Positions 10,347 to 21,500 of a stretch of 61,953 bases of DNA are shown piece after piece. The stretch is taken from positions 1 to 61,953 of the forward strand of contig JBMFMB010000007.1 in NCBI GenBank assembly GCA_049970895.1. Reading direction: 5' to 3'. The notes under the pieces are model-generated. The model ran no database searches, was not told where the DNA came from, and worked only from the letters and a program-made list of their open reading frames with translations. Position numbers and translations under genes: made by a program. The stretch comes from Candidatus Bathyarchaeia archaeon (GTDB taxonomy: Archaea > Thermoproteota > Bathyarchaeia > Bathyarchaeales > Bathycorpusculaceae). The first letter of the stretch is position 1. Each line of letters starts with the position of its first letter.

Positions 10347-11780
10347 ATGGTCATTAAAAGAGAGGAAATGAAGGAAATAGCCAAAAAATACAAAGAACCC
10401 ATAGGGCTTAATTTGGGTTCCCACTCGGCTTTGGATGCTTGGCAGGGGCAACGCAACTACGGCTTAAGGAGCATAATTTACACGACGCCTGGAAGAGCCC
10501 GCATTTACCTCCAAAACCCCATGGTTGGGAAGCCAGACGAGCCTGTTGAGGATTTGCCAAGCCTTGTTAGGCGGGACATCCGAGTTGTAAACGACCCAAA
10601 GGACATTAAGAAGAACGGTGACTGGAAAAGTGTAATAATCATTCTCGACAGGTATTCAGACATTGTTAAATATGTTGATGAGCTTGTGGACCTGGAGTGT
10701 TTGCAGATTCCGAATAGGGCTTTCTCAGTTTATGTCGGCGGAGACGAGTACTGCAGCGTGATTGAAAACCAGTTTGCAGTCCCAATTGTTGGCTCAAGAA
10801 CCCTCCTAAAAATTGAGAACCGCGGCGAAATCGAAAAAGACTACTACTGGTTTGCTGAGCAGGCGGGAATTCCTTACCCGAAATCCTACAAGTTTGAGGT
10901 GCGAAAGGGCGGAATACGCTTCAAAGAGTTTATTGATGAGCCGATGCTTTTGAAGGCTGAACACGCCCACAGAAAGTTCGAAAGAGAATTCATATTTGCC
11001 GCAGACTCGAAAGATTTGGAGGAGAAAGTTGAAAAAGAGGTTAAGGCTGGAAACCTAGACGAGGAGTCGCTTCGAAACGCCCGCGTGGAGCAGATTGTTC
11101 TAGGACCGCATGCCAACTTCAACTTCTTCTTCTCGCCATTGGATGCAAAAAGCGACTGGGGAGACGTAGACGACTGGTTCTCAAAGCTTTACAATGTAAC
11201 CATCGAGGAGGCTAGAACATGCCTAGCAAACCAGCTCCTTTCCATAGACGAGCGGAGAGAAACCATCCTAGACGGCTTGAAGAGACTCCCGTTAGAGGTT
11301 CAGCGGAAGCTAAAGAGGGTTCCATCCTTCGAGGTGACTGCCCACGCCATGCTAAGCCTAAGAGAATCCCTCCTAAAAGATGTGCAACGCTATGCAGACC
11401 GCTTCTTGCTGGCGTGCAGGGAACACGAACCTCCAGGAATAATTGGTGCATGGTGCCTCCAGACGCTTATCACATGGGACCGCATATCAAAATACGAGTT
11501 AAAACAAACAATAAAACTGGACTACACAAGTGGCATAGAAGCCAAAACAGCAGCAGATTACGGCTTATACGACGTGCCCGAAGAAAAAGACCCATACATG
11601 CATATACCGGTAACCCAAGACGTGGCATTACGCCACGGTGGAGGAACAAATGTCCACATGGGAATAGGCTCACAGTACGCCAACGCAAAGTACAAGAAGC
11701 CCATGAGCACAGGAGACCGCATAGCCCTAGAAATCCGACGGGCATGGAAAACAAAACAACTTCACGAAATAGTAACATAG
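10347..11780 (+). CDS. purP: PurP-like FAICAR synthetase family (ATP-grasp; DUF1246/DUF1297)
   Basis: GSHSALD, IPNRAF, IDERRE, PPGIIGAWCLQ, HGGGTN, MSTGDRIALE; close to purC/purE. Confidence 0.8.
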   Translation: MVIKREEMKEIAKKYKEPIGLNLGSHSALDAWQGQRNYGLRSIIYTTPGRARIYLQNPMVGKPDEPVEDLPSLVRRDIRVVNDPKDIKKNGDWKSVIIILDRYSDIVKYVDELVDLECLQIPNRAFSVYVGGDEYCSVIENQFAVPIVGSRTLLKIENRGEIEKDYYWFAEQAGIPYPKSYKFEVRKGGIRFKEFIDEPMLLKAEHAHRKFEREFIFAADSKDLEEKVEKEVKAGNLDEESLRNARVEQIVLGPHANFNFFFSPLDAKSDWGDVDDWFSKLYNVTIEEARTCLANQLLSIDERRETILDGLKRLPLEVQRKLKRVPSFEVTAHAMLSLRESLLKDVQRYADRFLLACREHEPPGIIGAWCLQTLITWDRISKYELKQTIKLDYTSGIEAKTAADYGLYDVPEEKDPYMHIPVTQDVALRHGGGTNVHMGIGSQYANAKYKKPMSTGDRIALEIRRAWKTKQLHEIVT

Positions 11781-11844
11781 TGCAACTGGGAAATATCACA
11801 ATTCTTTTTAATGATGTGCTGGTTAATATAAAAGTGGGATCAAT

Positions 11845-12243
11845 GTGGCTCTTATAGTGAAAGCGTTTGCTACCACGTGGGTAGGAGGACCCCCCTATCT
11901 TATAAAAGACAAAGCAAGTAGTTTTTATGTTAGCATTTCCTCTGCTTATCTTTCTGAGCCATATGAGCTTACAGCAGGCGACGAGCTGAAGGCAAAAATC
12001 CTAAGCGTAAAGGTAGATGATAAAGAATATCCGGAGTTTAAGGATAAAGAAATAACCCTCATTCTTTACCCATACATCGGTCTTGATTATCTTTTCCTTT
12101 CTAGAAAGGACTGGATAGAACATTTTAGAGAGTGCGGTCTGGTTAAAGGACTATTCAGGATCGCATTAAAAATTGAAAAGGCAGTTAAGAAAGATGGCGC
12201 GGAAATTCCTCTCTATACGAAGAGGGACCTTGAGGTTGAGTGA
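11845..12243 (+). CDS. Hypothetical protein, possibly AbrB-like swapped-hairpin
   Basis: FYVSISSAYL...YELTAGDELKAKI resembles the AbrB/MazE pattern; overlaps the next gene. Confidence 0.55.
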   Translation: MALIVKAFATTWVGGPPYLIKDKASSFYVSISSAYLSEPYELTAGDELKAKILSVKVDDKEYPEFKDKEITLILYPYIGLDYLFLSRKDWIEHFRECGLVKGLFRIALKIEKAVKKDGAEIPLYTKRDLEVE

Positions 12244-12634
12244 GGATATTTTAAAACGGGCAGTGGATTATAGGAACAGAGCCCAACTCTACCTCAAAAA
12301 TTTTGAAAAAGAGAAAATGGAGGGAAATAAAGAAAAAGCTGGCGAGGCTTTGTGGGGTGTAATTTCCTGCCTTATAAACGCCTTGGCTGTTCTTGAAGAA
12401 GGCAAGCCGATACCGGATCACAAGGAGCAAAGTAGATTTGCAACGCAGTTTATCTTAAGCACATATGAAGATGGCGAAGAATTGGCTAAGGCTTACAGTT
12501 ACGCTGAAAGGTTTCACGCCAATTTTTACCACGCTTTTCTCGGCCTTCAAGAGTTTGAAGCCATCAGTGCGGAAATTCTAAATCTTGCAGGGCGTTTAGA
12601 CGCTACATTAATGGAAAAAATTCGAAAACTATAA
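12236..12634 (+). CDS. PaREP1 family (HEPN-related) protein
   Basis: KAGEALWG...ALA and AERFHANFYH signature. Confidence 0.75.
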   Translation: MSEDILKRAVDYRNRAQLYLKNFEKEKMEGNKEKAGEALWGVISCLINALAVLEEGKPIPDHKEQSRFATQFILSTYEDGEELAKAYSYAERFHANFYHAFLGLQEFEAISAEILNLAGRLDATLMEKIRKL

Positions 12635-12644
12635 CCTTGCAAAT

Positions 12645-13694
12645 TTAAAGAGTCATAGCCTTTAGCTCTTTGACTACTTCTACAAGTTTTGGCGTCTCAA
12701 AAAATTCTTTTCCCGTAATTTCGTTTGTTGCTGCCTTGTACATTTGGCTTATCAGCGTTTTCAGTTTCGGTTCCAGTTTTGGCGGTCTAGCTTTAACAAG
12801 TGGTCTCCAGTCTTTTACGCCTTGTTCTTTTGCTTTCTGTCTGGCTTGCTCCACCTCTTTTGCCCATTCCGTCCGCCTATAGTATATACGGGCTATTTCC
12901 TTGCTCACATGAAATCCTTGATATGTGAATCTGCACTCGTCCAATGTGCCTACAACGTCTGCCACCATAAGCCTCCTTTCCTCGTCGAAGGCTAACTCTA
13001 TTTTGCCATCTTCATTAACAATGTTGGCTTTTGCTGCAATCTCTGTAATTGTCTCGTCAACTTTTAGGAGTATTGCCTTAACTTCTTCAAGTTCGCTGTC
13101 TGTTAAGCCCGTCAAGTTTTGGGCTTCCCTCCAAGTCAGGTAGCGGTCGCTCTCCTCAAACTTCGTGCTCACGTCAAAAATTGGTTTTGCAAGCCTCTCG
13201 CCTGTTTTTGGGTAGTGGTCTAAGCCCAAATCTTCAAGAGTCACTAAGCCTTGCTCAAGCCTTTTGAAGACTGATGAGCCTTCCGGCAAGCCGTTTCGGT
13301 AAATAATCTCCAATGGGATTAGGAAGTTCCTTAGCTTGGGCGTGTAAACGCCATAATCATACTTCAGTTTGCCTCCTTCCACGTAGGCTTTTGGCTTGTA
13401 AACGTTTACTAGGTGGAACTCCATAACGTTTGTTGGCTTTTCCAACTCGTCGAAGTGCACAACTTTGCCCTTCTCATCCACAAGCCCCCGATAGTGGGTT
13501 TTTATGCCCTTCTCCTCAAGCCTTTCAAAGCAGTAAGCCCCCATAAGGCATAGGGCGGCGCCTTTTCCCTCTATGTGGTCTGGCATTTCACCCCAGTCAA
13601 AAACCGAGTAGCGGTCTGAAAAGTGGAATCTGCCAATCCCCATCCGCGTTTTTGTCGGCTTCTTCACCACTTCAAGGTCTTTAACGCTACCCAT
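12645..13694 (-). CDS. purC: SAICAR synthase
   Basis: GSVKD, FSDRYSVFD, IPLEIIYRN, DGKIE, DVVGTLDECRF. Confidence 0.93.
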   Translation of the reverse strand: MGSVKDLEVVKKPTKTRMGIGRFHFSDRYSVFDWGEMPDHIEGKGAALCLMGAYCFERLEEKGIKTHYRGLVDEKGKVVHFDELEKPTNVMEFHLVNVYKPKAYVEGGKLKYDYGVYTPKLRNFLIPLEIIYRNGLPEGSSVFKRLEQGLVTLEDLGLDHYPKTGERLAKPIFDVSTKFEESDRYLTWREAQNLTGLTDSELEEVKAILLKVDETITEIAAKANIVNEDGKIELAFDEERRLMVADVVGTLDECRFTYQGFHVSKEIARIYYRRTEWAKEVEQARQKAKEQGVKDWRPLVKARPPKLEPKLKTLISQMYKAATNEITGKEFFETPKLVEVVKELKAMTL

Positions 13695-13718
13695 AAGTTA
13701 CCACCTCGCACGCCTTTT

Positions 13719-14201
13719 TCACAACTTCAACTTTTTAGCAGACGCGTCCGCCTTAACAATCTCCTCTTTCTTGGCTTTCTGATAGGCGTTCACCTGTTCC
13801 TCAAGCCCCTCATCCTCCAATGCGAAGATTTTCGCCGCGGCTAGGGCTGCCCCTTCAGGCTCGATGGTTACAACAGAGCCTACGCCGCTGGGCACCCTAA
13901 GCGATGAAAAAATGTCCACACCACCAAACTTCTCCGAGTATGGTGGGCAGGCGATTACGGGTTTTGTGGTGTTTGCGTCCACGAAGGCGCTTAGGGCATT
14001 AGACCTCCCAGCCACAGTTATGTAAACAACCTTTTCGCCCTCATACTCCTTGAGGATTTCAAGAACCTTCTCAGGAGTTTTGTGGGCTGAAGCCACCCGA
14101 AATGCATACTCTAAACCGAACTCCTTCAAATGTTTGGCTATTTCCTTTGCGAACTCCAAATCCCCCTCAGAACCCATAATTATGACAACTTTTCCCGCCA
14201 T
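13719..14201 (-). CDS. purE: N5-CAIR mutase / AIR carboxylase
   Basis: IMGSEGD, VASAHKTP, AGRSNAL, PVIACP, SSLRVPSG. Confidence 0.93.
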   Translation of the reverse strand: MAGKVVIIMGSEGDLEFAKEIAKHLKEFGLEYAFRVASAHKTPEKVLEILKEYEGEKVVYITVAGRSNALSAFVDANTTKPVIACPPYSEKFGGVDIFSSLRVPSGVGSVVTIEPEGAALAAAKIFALEDEGLEEQVNAYQKAKKEEIVKADASAKKLKL

Positions 14202-14306
14202 CTTCGCCTTCCTCTTTCGCTTTGCACGTTCCTTAAATAGCCAAGAGTGGCTAATTAAATTTTTAAGCCACTTTATTTACGCTTTAATTTTGAGGTGAAG
14301 CCTCCA

Positions 14307-14627
14307 ATGGCACATGAGAAAAGGCGTAGGAAAAGCATAATAGACGAGTTTTTCGGAGGCTCCTTCTTTGACGAGATAGATGAGCTTTTCAAAGAATTTC
14401 CGGAAGGCGAAATTGGCAGCGGCTACTCGATAAGTGTGACCCAAACTCCAGAAGGCACAAAGGTCAAGGCGAAGGTTGGAAAGGATGTGGACGTGAACAT
14501 GCTTAGGAAAAGGCTTCAGCAGCAGTATCCCGGAGCACAAATAGAAATTGAGGGCGGAAAGCAAGAGCCACTAATAAGGGAAATCTCAACAAAACAAGTA
14601 CGCGAAGAAGAGGAAAAAGCCGGATAA
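14307..14627 (+). CDS. Hypothetical protein resembling the N-terminal arm of archaeal small heat-shock proteins
   Basis: GAGGTGA RBS; RRKSIIDEFFGG.FFDEIDELF, GYSISVT, EPL. Confidence 0.65.
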   Translation: MAHEKRRRKSIIDEFFGGSFFDEIDELFKEFPEGEIGSGYSISVTQTPEGTKVKAKVGKDVDVNMLRKRLQQQYPGAQIEIEGGKQEPLIREISTKQVREEEEKAG

Positions 14628-14631
14628 AAGT

Positions 14632-15351
14632 TTAGGTGAGGTCTCCACAGGCGCATTTAACCTCGTAAAGCATTGTTAAAAGTTCGTCGAAGCCTTCTCC
14701 TGTTTTTGCTGAAACTATTGGAAACCTTTGGATGGGGATGACCTTACATAAAGCCCTTAGAATTGGCATGTAAATGTCGGCTAAAACTCCCCTCGCCTTA
14801 ATAGTTCTAGCCAAAATTTTCGGGTTCTGCAAATACTTCTTAAAACTTCTAAGTTCACGCTTGTCCAGCAAATCCACCTTATTCACAGTTATTATGGTGT
14901 TTATTCCAAGCCTATACGATGTGGCAAGCGAATATAGGTAGGCTGCTGGAAGATCATTAACCCCGACGGTGGCGTCGATGATGAAAATGCCCACAGGATC
15001 CGCCAGCTGACCAACAATTTTCGGACCGGAAGCGTGGAAGGCGAAGATTTCAAGCTGCCCTGGTGTGTCAACAAGCACAAAATCTCCATTAAGCAACGGA
15101 ATTCTCGTCTCACTAAGCATTTCCATAGCCCTCAGCATGGCGCCGTTTGGTCCCAAACCCTCATTACGCATTATACTCTCAACCGTAAACTTCTCCCTAA
15201 TGTCAAAATCGCACTTGTAAGGCAGAAACAAACATCCTGGGTCAAGGTTCAAAAACTTAACAGAATAGCCCTCCCCTGCTAGATATTTGCCAAGAGTTCC
15301 CGTGAGTAAGCTCTTGCCGCAGCCGGCACAACCCAAAACAACGACGTTCAT
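14632..15351 (-). CDS. GPN-loop GTPase
   Basis: GCAGCGKS, NLDPG, GLGPNGA, DTPGQLE, NKVD. Confidence 0.92.
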   Translation of the reverse strand: MNVVVLGCAGCGKSLLTGTLGKYLAGEGYSVKFLNLDPGCLFLPYKCDFDIREKFTVESIMRNEGLGPNGAMLRAMEMLSETRIPLLNGDFVLVDTPGQLEIFAFHASGPKIVGQLADPVGIFIIDATVGVNDLPAAYLYSLATSYRLGINTIITVNKVDLLDKRELRSFKKYLQNPKILARTIKARGVLADIYMPILRALCKVIPIQRFPIVSAKTGEGFDELLTMLYEVKCACGDLT

Positions 15352-15487
15352 AAGAAGCCACCATGTTATACACGTTTAAATTTGCTTTTCAGCCTTGTTG
15401 CCCTTAACGCTGCGTCAGAAGCCTTATCAATTCCCTTTTCTAGAATGACATCGCCCAAAACTTAATAGATAAAAAGAGAGAATGAGG

Positions 15488-16795
<1,308 letters not shown>

Positions 16796-17010
16796 CCCTT
16801 TTCCTCCATATTTTAAACCTTAAATTTTCCCTATTTTAGTGGATTCGTTTACACAACTGTTCATTCAATTATTTTAAGTTTATGATAAAAACTTTTGAGG
16901 GTTGAGTTTGTGATATTTGTGAAATTCTGTGGGCTTTTCGCCTTTATAATTTCTGCTCAAATGTTGGAAAATGAAAGTGGACTTTTAGATTTTGTGAGGG
17001 GAAGGTTGTT

Positions 17011-17523
17011 TTATGTTTCGCTAGGTTGTAGAATTGGTCGGAGGGTTTTCCAATATTCATATTCGCCTGTTAAGCCTTTAATTATGGCGTTTTCTGAGCC
17101 GTTGATTATTTCTTGGGCTCATGCCGTTGAGTGCGTAGCCTTCAGTCCATCCTGCCACGTAGTTTAGCCACAATGCCAGTGATTGCGCTTTTAGTTTGTC
17201 TAGCATTGTTGGGCGTCTTGGCATTTCAAGGATGCTGTATGCTTTTTGGAATTTCTTTCTCCTCGTGCTGTGAACTCCAAGACTTGGAATTGGCTGCTTA
17301 TTTGGTCTATGTAGTTTTCTAGGGTTTCTGCTGGATTTGGTTTTTCCTGGTTTGCTATGCATGGGACGTCTTAGTTTTTCCAGTAGCCTATTATGCGTGG
17401 GTAGCCTTTTGGTTTGCATTTTGTTCCTATTATGGTTTAGCATGCTACAAGTATTGTGCCTGTGTGGTTTGTAGTTGTTATTTCTACTGCTCGTGGGTTT
17501 GGGTTTACTATTTCCGTGCTTAA
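17011..17523 (-). pseudogene. Degraded fragment of a probable secreted/surface protein
   Basis: Manual translation gives ...GYPRIIGYWKN*...KLKAQSLALWLNYVAGWT...EYEYWKTL, with two in-frame stops and at least two frameshifts. Confidence 0.55.
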
Positions 17524-17603
17524 GACACCTTCACGGGGGCTAATCCCCAATTTAGTCCCCGGACACTGGCACACTTTTAACGTGCCACAGCGTCAAGGCA
17601 CGG
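17514..17603 (-). other. Candidate multi-stem structured RNA/DNA element
   Basis: Closing stem CCGTGC/GCACGG, GACGCT/GGTGTC, and two internal hairpins (17534-17561 and 17567-17587). Confidence 0.35.
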
Positions 17604-17708
17604 GTTTAGGCTGGCCTAACCAAATGGCACATGCATAAGTCCAACAAACGATGAAAATGTGGAAAGAACTGGAATAAGCATTATGAAAATAACTTCTAGA
17701 AGATTCCC

Positions 17709-18827
17709 CTAACTATTCACACGTCTGCTGAAAACCAAAAATGGGATAACCAACAAGCCGAGCAAGCCCAAAAGCATAAAATAACCCTAAAATCCCCAAC
17801 AGAAATAAAAATGCATGTAGGTATCAAGTTCGCTATTCTCCCAATCATTAAGCCTCACTCCATTACGACTAAAATGCTTGCGTATTGTTCTCGGCTGAAA
17901 GAGTCCCCATAATGGCGAGCCATGAAATTGTGAAGGCACTCGCCAAGCCCGATAAGGCTGATAAAAACACGATGTGGTGAGGGCATGGAGGCAAAGCCTA
18001 TAAGATAAAACCATAAAGCGTTCAAAACACACCTATAATGGTGAATTCAACCCTCCTCATTTTGATGTCTGAAAGCCAATTAACAAGAAAAGTTATGATG
18101 AAGACTGCCACACCGCTCAAGGCTAAAACAAAACCCATTCTGGAAAGTGTCTCCGAAACCCCTCTGACAAAAAGGGGATAAGCCAACCAGTGAGCCTCCA
18201 CCAACCCAAAAATGACAAATGTTGCAAAGAAAACTTTGAGCCTCCTGCTTCTTGGAATTGAAAGATTATAAGTCTCCTTTTCAAATTTTACTCGCATGAA
18301 AAAGTTAAAGAAACAAAATAAAGAGTCACAGAAGCCAAGAGGAGGGCGTGAAAACCAAAATTCTCTATGATTAGTCCTCCAACCGCTGGACCGACAATGC
18401 TGGCTATTGAGGGAATTATTATGGAGAATAGGCTCACAGAACGCGCACGAATATTTGACGCGCTAAGCCTAAACTGTAGGAGGTTGAAGCTGGGCCAGAA
18501 GGTGGCTATGCTTAACCCATAAGCAACGCCAAGCGCAACGGGATTTTTAACATACAACAAAAGTACATAGAAAACCATTGTGAAGAACACGCCAAGGCAA
18601 ATCAGCCGCTCAAAGTTTCTGACAAAATTTAGCAAAATGATGGGCAGAAGCCCAATAATCAAAAACGTGACTAAAAGCAACGCTGCTATTTGACTTATGC
18701 TAAGCCCAAGTATCACATAGTAAACTGGAAGAAATATGCCGGTCAAGTTGCTGGAGAAAAAGTATACACTTGAGGCAACCCCAAGACTTTTGAAATCGCT
18801 TAACTGCACACAAACCATCTCTTCCAT
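17709..18827 (-). pseudogene. MFS transporter pseudogene
   Basis: Continuous hydrophobic MFS-like sequence (ASIVGPAVGGLI, WLSD..RR) split over several frames by at least five small indels. Confidence 0.8.
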
Positions 18828-18831
18828 AGCG

Positions 18832-19335
18832 TCAATCAAGAAGTTTGCTATACCAGACATAAGTTTGGCTCTGTTTAAAGCCCAACTTCTCCATAAAACG
18901 CATGCCAGCCAAGTTTGTGCCTTCCACGTCAACTATGGCTATTCGTGCGCCTTTCTCCCTAAAACGCCTCTCTAACTCACGATAAAGCCTCTTCCCAACA
19001 CCTTGACGCCTACGCATCCGCCTAACACCAGCCCAAACAAAATAACCATAAGTCCAAGGACTAAAAGGACGCTTCAAAATAGTCCCCAAGGCAAAACCAA
19101 CAATCCTCTTAGAGCTTACATCCTCAGCCACAAGGCAGAGCTCCGGATCCTCCTGAAAAAGAGAAAGCAACTCATTAACATTCCAAGTACGATAAGTAAA
19201 CTGCAACTGAGAAGGCGTAAAAATCTTCTCGCTTAAACGCCAAACTTCTGGTAAATCCTCTAAGGTCATCTGCCTAACCTCAACCTCAAACCGCCGCCTC
19301 TTAGCCCTTTTACGCCTCTTAGTCTTTCCAACCAA
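18832..19335 (-). CDS. GNAT family N-acetyltransferase
   Basis: RRQGVG acetyl-CoA motif; N...FMEKLGF. Confidence 0.9.
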   Translation of the reverse strand: MVGKTKRRKRAKRRRFEVEVRQMTLEDLPEVWRLSEKIFTPSQLQFTYRTWNVNELLSLFQEDPELCLVAEDVSSKRIVGFALGTILKRPFSPWTYGYFVWAGVRRMRRRQGVGKRLYRELERRFREKGARIAIVDVEGTNLAGMRFMEKLGFKQSQTYVWYSKLLD

Positions 19336-19384
19336 AGCAAATCCTTCAAATCCCTAATCTGAAAATAGAGAATATAAAACCAGC

Positions 19385-19446
19385 GCCGTCCGAGTAACTC
19401 TGAAATTTCATCCAAACGTCAATCTAATGCCTTCTCATCATCCGGC
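19385..19446 (-). ncRNA. Box C/D methylation-guide sRNA (dual guide)
   Basis: GCCG-G-ATGATGA(C)-GAAGGCATTAGA-TTGA(D')-CGTT-TGGATGA(C')-AATTTCAGAGTTACT-CGGA(D)-CGGC with a terminal stem. Confidence 0.8.
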
Positions 19447-19592
19447 AAAACAACAAAAAGCAAACCAAAAATAAAAACATTTCAGCTGTCGGCTTTTACC
19501 GCAAAATCTGGAGGGGTTATTAGCTATTGGCTTTTCCAGCCCCAAAAAATGTTTTTACCAGCTGAACGCTTAATCTTGAGCTTGGTGATTAA

Positions 19593-21500
19593 GTGCAACC
19601 GTCCCCACTAAGCGACGCTGTCAAGCGAACATGCAACATACTAAAACATGGAGCCTCCATGCAAGTCCTAGACTATGAGCAACGCTTCTCATCCCTAAGA
19701 AGCTTCTACGAAAGCCTCCTATCAAACCTAATAAAAATGGATTTCCCAACAAAAGAGGCTTGCGAAACAGCAAAAGAATTCTTTGGAACAACATCCGTCC
19801 GCTTCGCTGGTATAGATGGCACCATGTACTCGCGACCCCTCTTCGACCTAGTGGTCTTCTTCGGAGGAGCCTACGCCTCAACAGGAACAATAACCTTCCA
19901 CGAGGATAAGCCACCAACAGTCAAATACGACGAGAGAACATCCCAACACGGTGCCGGCATATCAAGCGTTGTGCCAATCTATGTTAACGAAATTCCAGAC
20001 GTGGACCAAACCTTCTTTGAGGCCTCACAGCCAGACGAAATCAGCCTAGCAAAACCTCTAACAGAAGAGTCGATAATTAACAATGCAACAGTGGCTAATT
20101 GGATAATGACCTTCGCCGAATACTATTTGGCATACAAGCTCGCCACAGACAACGAACAAAATTTTCGAATAATCCTAATGGACAGAAGCCTATCCATAGA
20201 ACGCGCAAGCCTCCTCTACGACACTTCGAAGCGAGCCCTATGGGAAGCAAAAAGCAACATCCTAGGCTACAAAATTGACGGAGAACCAATAGACATGAAC
20301 GAACTAACATTGGCGAGGCATCTTGTCTGCAACACGCATCTGGGTTTGCCGCCACCAAGGGCAGACTACATACACTACGCCATAATAGACCTCCTAAAAC
20401 GCAAAGGCGCATTAACAAAAAAGCAGATAATAGCCGAATTCTGCATAAAAGATGAAAAAAGAATAAGAAGAGTAGGGCGAAGCCTAAAAAACCTAGTGAA
20501 AAAGGGCTTTCTAAACGAGAAAAACGAGATTTACACGCTAAACAGCAAGTATGCGAGAACATGGGAACGCGTAAAAAAGCTCGTGACAAGTATAGGCGAT
20601 AGATTCTTCTTCGCAGAAAACCCGGAAACGGCAAACCTAATGAAAATAGTCAAAAACGGAAAGGAGCACTGGCTAACAACACTGGATATCGCCTTCCTAA
20701 TACTTTTCACCCTGCACATGCTGATGGAGGAATGCTGGAGTAGGCACATACTCCTAATTGGCGTGACAAAAGACACAGCGGCAAGAGACTTCAAGAGGCA
20801 ACTCATCCCAATAATGGGCAACAACGATTTGCTAAACACCAACATTTCAAGAGAGGAATTGGAAAAGCTGCCCAACACAGACCGTATGATCCTCCAGTCG
20901 GCAAGCATCCTAAACGCCGAAAAAATAACGCCCCCATGGAGCCTAATAGAGTACGACTCAACCTTCAGAACAATGATTCCGGACAAGCAGAACAGGAAAG
21001 GCTACGTTTCAGGAGCCATAAAAAACAAGATAGGCTTAGAAAAGGTTTTCCTAAAAACCTATGTGCAACTAAGCCAAGCAAAAACAGATCCCATGCTGAG
21101 GAGCAACGTCCTCCTAGTAGACCGCCTCGTCTATCCGGAATATGATTACAAGCCTGAAAACATTGTGGAGTTTTGGAACGAGCTAAGCGACGGAACAAAA
21201 GAACCAGTAGAAGCCATCCTATTCATGGACAAAAACGTGCCCAATAGGCTGCAGAACCTAACCATGAACATTCTGGTGGCTATGGCGCCATCCAACATTC
21301 CAGAAGCCTTTGGGCATAACACGCCACTTTTTATCGCAGACAAAATTGCCAAGTGGAATTATAGCCAATTCAAGCGGGTGGTGGACACAACAGCCGAATG
21401 GATCCTCAATAACCATAAATTGAGAAAGTTCATATTCTATATGAGCACTTTCAGAGAGAGGCGAACAGCCATTGAAGCCGCAAGGAGAGAACAAATTTAA
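19593..21500 (+). CDS. nurA: NurA-family nuclease with an inserted winged-helix domain
   Basis: FAGIDGT, ILMDRSL, GVTKD, FGHNTPLFIADKIAK; directly upstream of HerA. Confidence 0.75.
   Translation: MQPSPLSDAVKRTCNILKHGASMQVLDYEQRFSSLRSFYESLLSNLIKMDFPTKEACETAKEFFGTTSVRFAGIDGTMYSRPLFDLVVFFGGAYASTGTITFHEDKPPTVKYDERTSQHGAGISSVVPIYVNEIPDVDQTFFEASQPDEISLAKPLTEESIINNATVANWIMTFAEYYLAYKLATDNEQNFRIILMDRSLSIERASLLYDTSKRALWEAKSNILGYKIDGEPIDMNELTLARHLVCNTHLGLPPPRADYIHYAIIDLLKRKGALTKKQIIAEFCIKDEKRIRRVGRSLKNLVKKGFLNEKNEIYTLNSKYARTWERVKKLVTSIGDRFFFAENPETANLMKIVKNGKEHWLTTLDIAFLILFTLHMLMEECWSRHILLIGVTKDTAARDFKRQLIPIMGNNDLLNTNISREELEKLPNTDRMILQSASILNAEKITPPWSLIEYDSTFRTMIPDKQNRKGYVSGAIKNKIGLEKVFLKTYVQLSQAKTDPMLRSNVLLVDRLVYPEYDYKPENIVEFWNELSDGTKEPVEAILFMDKNVPNRLQNLTMNILVAMAPSNIPEAFGHNTPLFIADKIAKWNYSQFKRVVDTTAEWILNNHKLRKFIFYMSTFRERRTAIEAARREQI

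Noticed and set aside
17648-17712. Third box C/D sRNA (ACGATGA...ATTATGA)
   Set aside because: D and D' boxes are too degenerate and there is no terminal stem
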